Part shown: one piece after another, positions 25,873 through 39,054 of the stretch
Position numbering within the stretch: position 1 is the first letter of the stretch
How the letters are laid out: the number at the start of each line of letters is the position of its first letter
NCBI GenBank assembly: GCA_048213135.1
Contig: PS015183.1
Location: 21,608-60,661 of the forward strand
DNA: 39,054 nucleotides
Source of the DNA: Reclinomonas americana ATCC 50394
Taxonomy: Eukaryota
Reading direction: 5' to 3'
The notes under the pieces: generated by a model
Database searches by the model: none
Told to the model about the DNA's origin: nothing
Seen by the model: only the letters and a program-made list of their open reading frames with translations
Program-made: the position numbers and the translations under genes

Positions 25873-28800
25873 ATGGCGCTGCTGACAGACGAGGAGTTGT
25901 GTATTACACACCACCTCCTTCTCCACATACCACCTCCTCTCACATGCCTTGTGCCACAGATCGAACTACGTGCGCGCCATGAAAGCCGTGCGTGGCGTGA
26001 CTGCTCGTGCGCTGCGTGCGCTGGTGGACCAAGAGCTGCCTGTGTTTGTGCGGCAATGTGCGGAGGAGACGGAGGCGTCGGGGGCGGGGAAGGTGGAGTT
26101 GATGAGAGAGTGGAAGCAGAAGCAGGTCAACAAACGAGATGCACGGTGTGTGTCTTGTCCAACTTCCACTCTTCTCCTTGGCCTCCATGCTGATGCCGGG
26201 TGTCCCCACAGTACTGCGCCTGTGGGATCAGACCGCGAGCGAGTGTTGTGTTTTGACTCGTCGTGTGCTGCCATGGACGAGTGGCAGCGAGCGTTGGATG
26301 CCGGCGAGCCTGCTCCCTCGTGCCAGGCGTTTGACATTACGTGGCTCACGTCGGTGTTGCTGAACGCACGCTGGGCGCTGACGGCGGACGCCGCTGCGTC
26401 CGAGGTGCGCCATCTGATTTCCGACGCAGTGCAGGTGTGCGGATGAATGCATGCTTTCCTCTCTCTCTTCTGCCTTCTCGTTCTCATCTCTCTCGGTGCA
26501 GCGCGAGGCGATCAGTGGACTGCGTGAGTTGCGCAACGAGCTCATGCATGGTGCAGACATGCGGCTCTCCGCAGAAGGACTGCGCCAGCTATTGGGAGAC
26601 GAAAGCAAAGATGGACAAGTCGCTGTGCTGCTGCAACAAGCCGGCGTTCCGCAGCTGGACACCTTCTTGCGAGAGATTGATGCCATTCGTCGCGGTGCGT
26701 GTGAGCAATAGCGTGCATGCATGTGTGTGAAGAGAGCGACGCTCATCAGTAGAGGTTGTTGTTTCTGATACGCAGCTGCGGCGCCTGTCGGCAACCCAAT
26801 CACCTTCTGCAACGTGGGTCAGCTGGACGGATTCCCATTTCCCAGTCGTGTTGCCGAGGCCGAACGACTCGCCGAGCGACTGTTGGAGTGTGATGCTGGT
26901 GGGCAGATGTGGGTTCCCTTTTCCTCATTCTCTCTCTCGCACTCATTCACTCTCTTTCTCCCTCACAGGTGACACACCCGGAATCATTGTGCTCTCTGGC
27001 GAAGGAGGAAGTGGCAAGACCACACTGGCGGAGTTGGTGGTGTCGGAGATGGAGCGCAGGAAGTGGCGCGGCTCGGCGCTGTACTCGGATATGCGCGGTC
27101 ACACTGCCGATGCTCGTCACTTCACGTCGGTGAGTGAGGAATGAGTGATTTTGTGTGCAATTGTGGTGTTGATCGTGATGATGCAGACGACGGAGGTGCT
27201 CGGGAACGGACTTCGCGGGTTTGCGCATGCCATGATGCCAGTGCAGTCCGATGCACAGCTGCTGTCTCAGATTGATGCGTGGGAGCGGAGCGAGGATGTG
27301 GAGGCACTGCGCAGTCGTTTGAGTGACTTGATGAATGACAGTCACGGTGTGTTGTTGCTTGACAATGTCGGCAACGGAGACCAAGTGCTGGCAGTTCTGC
27401 GGGCGGCAGGCGCGCGCAGTCGAGTTCGTTCAGGTGTGTGCATGGTGGATGAGCTGAGTAGATCACCCTGTGGCTCACTACCGCGTCTGCTGCGAGCAGG
27501 CATGACAGCACCAATGACAATCGTGACAACTCGATTCAGTCGAGTAGCCGAGCAGCTGAAGCAATCGCCGCTGCTGAGCTCGGTGGCAGTGGTGCACGTG
27601 GACGTGGATGATGTGGACAGGGAGGACGTGGCCGAGGCCGAGCGACTGTATCGGGAGGCGTTGGAATCGAAGCGTGCGGTACTTGGTGACAGACACCCAG
27701 ATGCGCTGGCGTCCATGAGCAATCTCGCCAGCTGCCTCAAGGCAAGCGGCAATCTTACCGAAGCTGAGCGACTGTTCGGAGAGGTGCTAGCGCTGAGGCG
27801 TGAGGTGCTAGGCGAGAAGCACCCAGACACGCTGGCATCAATGAGCAATCTTGCCAACTGTATGCTGGCGAGCGGCGTTGTTACCGAAGCTGAGCAACTG
27901 CATCGGCAGGTGCTCGCATTGAGGCGCGAGGTACTTGGTGACAGGCATCCGTCTACGCTGGCATCCATGAGCGATCTCGCCGTCTGCATGCAGGCGAGCG
28001 GCGATCTCTCGGAAGCCGGGCGACTGTATCGAGAGGTGCTGGCACTGAGGCGTGCGGTTCTGGGAGACAGGCATTCGGACTCGCTGTCTTCCATGAGCAA
28101 TCTCGCCAGTTGTCTGTTGGCAAGCGGCAACCCGACTGAAGCCGAACAGTTGTATCGCGAAGTGTTGACGTTGAGGCGTGACAAGCTCGGCGACAGGCAT
28201 CCGGACACGCTGACTTCTATGAGCAGTCTCGCCAGCTGCATGCAAGCGAGCGGCAGATTTGCTGAAGCCAAGCAACTTTATCAAGAGGTTGTGGTGCTGA
28301 GGCGCGAGGTTCTCGGTGCCAGAGATCCCGACACGCTGACATCGATGAGCAACGTTGCCACTTGTGTCCACGCCAGTGGCAATCTTGTCGACGCCGAGCG
28401 ACTGTACCGGGAGGTGCTGGAACTGAGGAGGGAGGTGCTTGGTGTCAGGCATCCACGCACAGTGTCGTCCACGTACGATCTCGCCATCTGCATCGAGGCC
28501 AGCGGCAACCTCACTGAAGCAGAGCGACTGTATCGTGAGGTGTTGGCATGGAGGACAGAGGTGCTGGGTGCCACTCGGCCAGACACGTTGACTGTCATGA
28601 GTGATCTTGCCCGGTGCACGCAGACGAGCGGCAATCTCGTCGAAGCCGAGCGCCTCTTCCACGAGGTGTTGGTGCTGCGACGGGAGGTGTTTGGTGAAAA
28701 GCACCCCGACACGCTTGCGTCCATGAACAATCTTGCCTTGTGCATCCGGGCCAGCGGCAATCTCTCCGAAGCCGAGCAACTGCATCGAGAGGTGCTGGCG

Positions 28801-30057
28801 CTGAGGAGAGAAGTGCTTGGCGAGAGACACCCAGACACGCTGGCGTCCATGAACGATCTCGCCAACTACATGCAGGCGAGCGGTATCGTCACCGATGCAG
28901 AGCGTCTGCATCGGGAGTTGCTGGCGCTGAGACGCGAAGTGCTCGGCGACAGGCACCCCGACACGCTGTTGTCCATGAGCGACCTCGCCAGCTGCATGCA
29001 GGCGACTGGCGACCTCGCCGAGGCCGAGCGACTGCACCGAGAGGTGTTGGCGTTGAGGCGTGAGGTGCTTGGCGACAGGCATCCGAGCACGTTGACGTCC
29101 ATGGCCAGTGTCGCCAAGTGTATGCAGGCGAGTGGCAATCTTGCCGAGGCCGAGCGACTGTTTCGAGAGGTGTTGGCACCGAGACGCGAGGTTCTCGGTG
29201 ACAGGCACCCCGACACGCTCGCGTCCATGAACAGTCTTGCCAACTGCCTGCAGGAGAGCGGCAACCTCGTCGAAGCCGAGCAGTGGCTTCGGGAGGTGTT
29301 GGCGTTGCGACGGAGCTCACTTGGCGACAGAAACCCGGACACGCTTACATCTGTGAGCAGTGTCGCCACGTGCGTGCAGGCGAGCGGCAATCTCACCGAA
29401 GCCGAGCGATTGCACCGGGAGGTGTTGGCGTTGAGGTGCGAGGTTCTTGGTGGCAGGCATCCGCACACGCTACTGTCGATGGCCAGTCTCGCCAGGTGCT
29501 TACAGGTCGGCGGCAATCTTGCCGAAGCCGAGCGACTGTATTGGGAGGTGTTGGCATTGCAGCGTCAAGTGTTTGGTGACAGGCACCCACTCACGGTGTC
29601 GTCCTTGAGCAACCTCGCCACGTGTGTTCAGGCCAACGGCAACGTCTTCGAAGCCGAGCGGCTGTACTGGGACGCGTTGACGTTGCAGCGGCAGTTGCTT
29701 GGTGACAGGCACGCTGACACGCTGTCGACCATGAACAATATCGCCAACTGCATGCAAGCGAGCGGCAATCTGGAGGAGGCCGAGCGACTGTATCGGGAGG
29801 TGTTGGCGTGGCGGCGGGAGATGCTTGGTGACCGACACCCAGCGACGCTGTCGACCATGAACAGCCTCGCCAGTTGTCTGCAAGAGAGCGGCAATCTCGC
29901 CGAAGCCGAACGACTGTATCGCGAGGTGCTGGCGCTGCAACGTGAGATGCACGGCGACACGCACCCAGACACACAGCAGGCGCTGCACAACTTGCGTGCA
30001 GTTGAGCGACAGCAGCGCAGCGCACAGCGATGCTTGCGCAAGTGCGTTCTCCTCTGA
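25873..30057 (+). CDS. NLR-like protein copy 2: HEPN - truncated NB-ARC (P-loop domain only) - ~18.5 x 42-aa TPR - CaaX
   Basis: Same exon/intron layout as copy 1 from ATG 25873 to ~27633. RNELMH at 26532-26549, GEGGSGKTT from 26998, then LLLDNV and TIVTTR. The sequence then passes directly into TPRs (EDVA/EAERLY). Last exon 27500-30057. C-terminus CVLL. Confidence 0.9.
27631..29990 (+). repeat. Coding tandem array of 18 full plus one half 126-bp TPR units
   Basis: The 42-aa unit MSxLAxCxQASGNLxEAERLYREVLALRREVLGDRHPDTLxS was counted in the ORF 27145-30057 translation. Confidence 0.95.
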
Positions 30058-30223
30058 TCGGAAAATATTAATGTTAAGCCAGTGAATTACGAGACGCGAT
30101 CGCCTTTCTCTCGTAGGTTGCTGTTTGGCATGCTTCGATATCTTTTCCCTTTGCAAGCAAATCAGACACATTAACTTCGATGCTTGTTCGGAGCGCTAAA
30201 CTCCGCACAGTTTCTCTCGGGCA

Positions 30224-35698
<5,475 letters not shown>

Positions 35699-35838
35699 AA
35701 GCTGAACTCTACAATTAGTGCCACCTCTGCTATTTACCAGCTGCTGTATAATATATTCGGCGTAAATAAAGCGGTACACTTTGCGACAGCACTCAAATGT
35801 CCGTCTCTGCTTTCGCTCGAGCATCAACAGGGCAAGCA

Positions 35839-38800
35839 TTACCGACCGAGATCCGACAAGTCGATTCTGAACTGCTTGGTGGCGGCACCCGCGCTCTTCT
35901 GACGGCGGTTCTTGAACACGGAGCCATCTTGCAGTTCGCGGACCATCGAGTCCATAATGCCCTTCTCCGGTGCTGCTGGTGCCGCCGCCGACGCCGCCGC
36001 AGTGGACGAGCTGCCAGCTGCTGGCGACACGGGCGAGGCGGCCACACGCGAGGCCACGCCGCCACCACCGCCAATGGCCACTGCGCAGCAAGTGACACAA
36101 GCAAAAAAATGAGACCAAGACATGCGCATGGATCAGCAAGACAAATATCGAACCGACAGACGCCGCTGCCGCCGCTGACTGAGCCATGGACTGGCGCTGT
36201 GCGGCCTCGCGCCTGGCAGCCTGCTCCTCTGCCTTCTTCCGGCGCTCCTCCACCTTGCGCAGCTCGGTGATGGACACTTCAAAGTCCCTGAGGAAAGACT
36301 CCATGTTCTTGAAGAAGCTCTCCGGATCAAACTTCTTTGGCTCCTCGCCAAAGAACACGGCCAACTTCTCCAGGTCGTCCTGCAGCGTCGTAAAGTCGCT
36401 GCTGACAGACTCCCACTCGCGATGATGCTCGTCGAGGAACGCCTGGTGGGGGGAGGGGAGGGGAGAACAGTAAGACAACCGAACGACAGTGACTTGTGAG
36501 TGCCTGGTCGACAAACCTGCATGACGCCCTGGAACCTGTCGCCAGCACCGGCGGCCTGTTGAATCTGGTCCTGGATCAATTTCATCGACTTGCTGACGGC
36601 GGCAATGTCGTCGCGCAGCGCGGGCATGTTCACTGCGGTGCAAGGGTGAGACCGGAGAGAGGGCGAAGGGAAGGGAAGGGAGGTGAAGAGAGAAGATGGA
36701 GAAGGATGACGGGCACGAGCGACAAAGAAGAGGGCTGAAACGAAGAGAGTGACGCGGAAGGGAAGACGGAGGGAAGGAGGAGCGAGAAGGAGGAGTGGAG
36801 AGAAACAGGGAGGAAAAGAGAAGGCAAGAGTGACACTACCGAGAAGGAAGAGAGGAGAGAAAGGAGGTGAGGATAGCAGCAGCAAGATGTTCGGGGGAAG
36901 GAAGAGAGACGAATGAAAGCAGAAGATAGCGAGAGACATGGAGAGGACGCAAAGATGGATGCGTCACACTGCGAGTTTGAAAAGTTGTGTGCGTGTGTGT
37001 GTGAAAGGGAGAGAGAGAGAGGAGGGAGAGAGAGAGAGAGAGAGAAGAAAGCATCGTGCGCATACTCCNNNNNNNNNNNNNNNNNNNNNNNNNNNNNNNN
37101 NNNNNNNNNNNNNNNNNNNNNNNNNNNNNNNNNNNNNNNNNNNNNNNNNNNNNNNNNNNNNNNNNNNNNNNNNNNNNNNNNNNNNNNNNNNNNNNNNNNN
37201 NNNNNNNNNNNNNNNNNNNNNNNNNNNNNNNNNNNNNNNNNNNNNNNNNNNNNNNNNNNNNNNNNNNNNNNNNNNNNNNNNNNNNNNNNNNNNNNNNNNN
37301 NNNNNNNNNNNNNNNNNNNNNNNNNNNNNNNNNNNNNNNNNNNNNNNNNNNNNNNNNNNNNNNNNNNNNNNNNNNNNNNNNNNNNNNNNNNNNNNNNNNN
37401 NNNNNNNNNNNNNNNNNNNNNNNNNNNNNNNNNNNNNNNNNNNNNNNNNNNNNNNNNNNNNNNNNNNNNNNNNNNNNNNNNNNNNNNNNNNNNNNNNNNN
37501 NNNNNNNNNNNNNNNNNNNNNNNNNNNNNNNNNNNNNNNNNNNNNNNNNNNNNNNNNNNNNNNNNNNNNNNNNNNNNNNNNNNNNNNNNNNNNNNNNNNN
37601 NNNNNNNNNNNNNNNNNNNNNNNNNNNNNNNNNNNNNNNNNAGAGAGAGAAAAGCATCTGCGCATATCCTTCGATCTGTACCTCGGCTGGCGTCGGGAAT
37701 GTGCGCCAGATCGGCACGCAGATCCATCAAGTCGGGATACTTGGTCTGGCACAGACGCACAATGTACATCAGCAGCGTCATGCCCTCAGCTCCGCGCGTC
37801 TCCTTCAGCTTGCCGAGCGACTCGAGTCGGAAACCGTACGCATTGCCACGGAATCCGCCGCCGTTCATGTAGTTGCCAATGGCCAACACGATCTCCAGCA
37901 GACGCGTCAGCTTGGTGCTCTTGCGCAACTCTTGCGCGGCAAAGGTGACATTGCTCAATTGCTGTGTGCACGAGCACGGATGAGAACTGAGAACAAGAAG
38001 TGCACGAATTATGAACACACGCGTACCGGCACAATGTCGTCCACCAGTGCGCGGTACTTGTATGAGAACAGCCAGCACTTCATGCGCGCCTCGAGACGCG
38101 GCACCGTACCGATCTGATGGCAAGGCACACACATCAGCACTCAACATGCACCTCATTTTCGTCCTCTCGCACACACACTCGCGCGAGACGCAACGACGCG
38201 AACAAACTGCTCCGCACGACCGAGCTCGCCCTGACCATCCCAGCTGCCGACCAACTCGACCTGTCACCGCCACACCACGATGAGTGAGCACGAGCAGATG
38301 CACGGCAGAAGCGGTGCGGCACACAAACCTCTTCGGCTGTTGGCGCAATGTTGATCAGCGCTTGCACGTGACGCTCTGTCAGCACATCGCGGTTCATCTG
38401 GATGATGGCCTGCCGGAGATCCTCAAGCGGAATCTTCGCAAACGTGGAACCGAGCACAATGCCTGCGCGACAAATCGACATAGTGCGTAAGCACAAGCAC
38501 ACACACGCCACTAAACAGGGACGTCGCTCTCAACTCATGTTCTGGTTGCGCTTGCCCTCCAGCAACGACACAATCGCCGGGCGACTCGACGACGCCGACG
38601 CAGCGGCTGCCGAGGCGGCTGGTGCGGATTCCACAGCTGAGAACATGGACTCGAGCGAGTCTGTGTCGAGGTCGACCGACGACAGGTTCTCCACAATCTT
38701 GCTCTCCGTCCAAATCGAGCCTGCGACCTTGATCGGCTGCACCTTGTCCCACTGCACGCCCTTCAGTTTGGTCTTCGGAGCGTACTTGGGGAGTGGTGGC

Positions 38801-39054
38801 AGTGGCGGACCGGCTGTTAAAGAAAGCAGAGGAATGAGAAAAACGCACGACGCAGTCAAGGGACAATTCTCGACGACATGTCCCACCTGGCATAAAGCCC
38901 GGCGCAGGCGGCGCACCCGGAGCTGGCGGAGCGCCGGGTGGTGGTGGTGGAGCTCCAGGCGGCGGCGGCGGTCCACCAGGCGGCGGTGGTGGTGGCGGCG
39001 CGCCTCCAGCACGCGGAGCGCCTCCAGGTGGCGGTGGTGGCGGTGGCGGCGGTG
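35839..39054 (-). CDS. Diaphanous-related formin (FH1-FH2-DAD), multi-exon, 5' part outside the window
   Basis: Poly-Pro FH1 at ~38800-39054. FH2 motifs KLKGVQWDKV, SLLEGKRNQNMSIVL, LEIVLAIGNYMNGGGFRGNAYGFRLESLGKL and FFGEEP..PESFF. DAD-like GIMDSMVRELQDGSVFKNRR. Stop at 35839-35841. Confidence 0.93.

Noticed and set aside
24262-29990. Regular 126-bp repeats as a CRISPR-like or non-coding array
   Set aside because: The units are contiguous, in frame and encode TPRs. There is no repeat-spacer alternation and the context is eukaryotic.
23323-30057. Kinesin light chain or nephrocystin-3 annotation for the TPR ORFs
   Set aside because: The 42-aa TPR type is shared, but there is no KLC coiled coil, and the upstream exons encode HEPN and NB-ARC motifs.
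25615-30095. Shared ccagtgaat in both NLR 3' flanks (~25622 and ~30079)
   Set aside because: Only ~9-12 nt. It is most simply a remnant of the duplication and too short to call regulatory.
27342-30171. Long antisense ORFs over the TPR arrays and other genes
   Set aside because: Shadow ORFs expected from GC-rich repetitive coding sequence, with no recognisable motifs.
37030-37670. Apparent direct repeat flanking the N-gap in the formin intron
   Set aside because: agaagaaagcatcgtgcgcatactcc and agaaaagcatctgcgcatatcct are probably the same sequence read twice, once noisily. The gap is likely an unmerged overlap, not an element with terminal repeats.

Overview
Gene-dense eukaryotic DNA, probably from a GC-rich ciliated or flagellated protist. 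Most introns are short (~60-70 nt) GT-AG type, intergenic gaps are ~60-330 bp, introns carry microsatellites, and there are five N-gaps. Ten spliced protein-coding genes were reconstructed by hand, in order: a DDX60-like Ski2 helicase (5'-truncated); a TPR protein with a degenerate NB-ARC module; DPH6; LRRC6/DNAAF11; a long coiled-coil protein; a DHHC palmitoyltransferase; two tandem paralogues of an NLR-like gene; an internally duplicated ABM-fold membrane protein; and a diaphanous-related formin (5'-truncated). The main find is the tandem pair at 21397-30057. Each gene encodes a predicted HEPN RNase domain (RNELMH), a STAND/NB-ARC ATPase, a variable array of 42-aa TPRs and a C-terminal CaaX box. 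Copy 2 has lost the regulatory helical domains in frame and has expanded its TPR array. All family assignments come from recalled motifs, not database searches, and exon boundaries are manual predictions.
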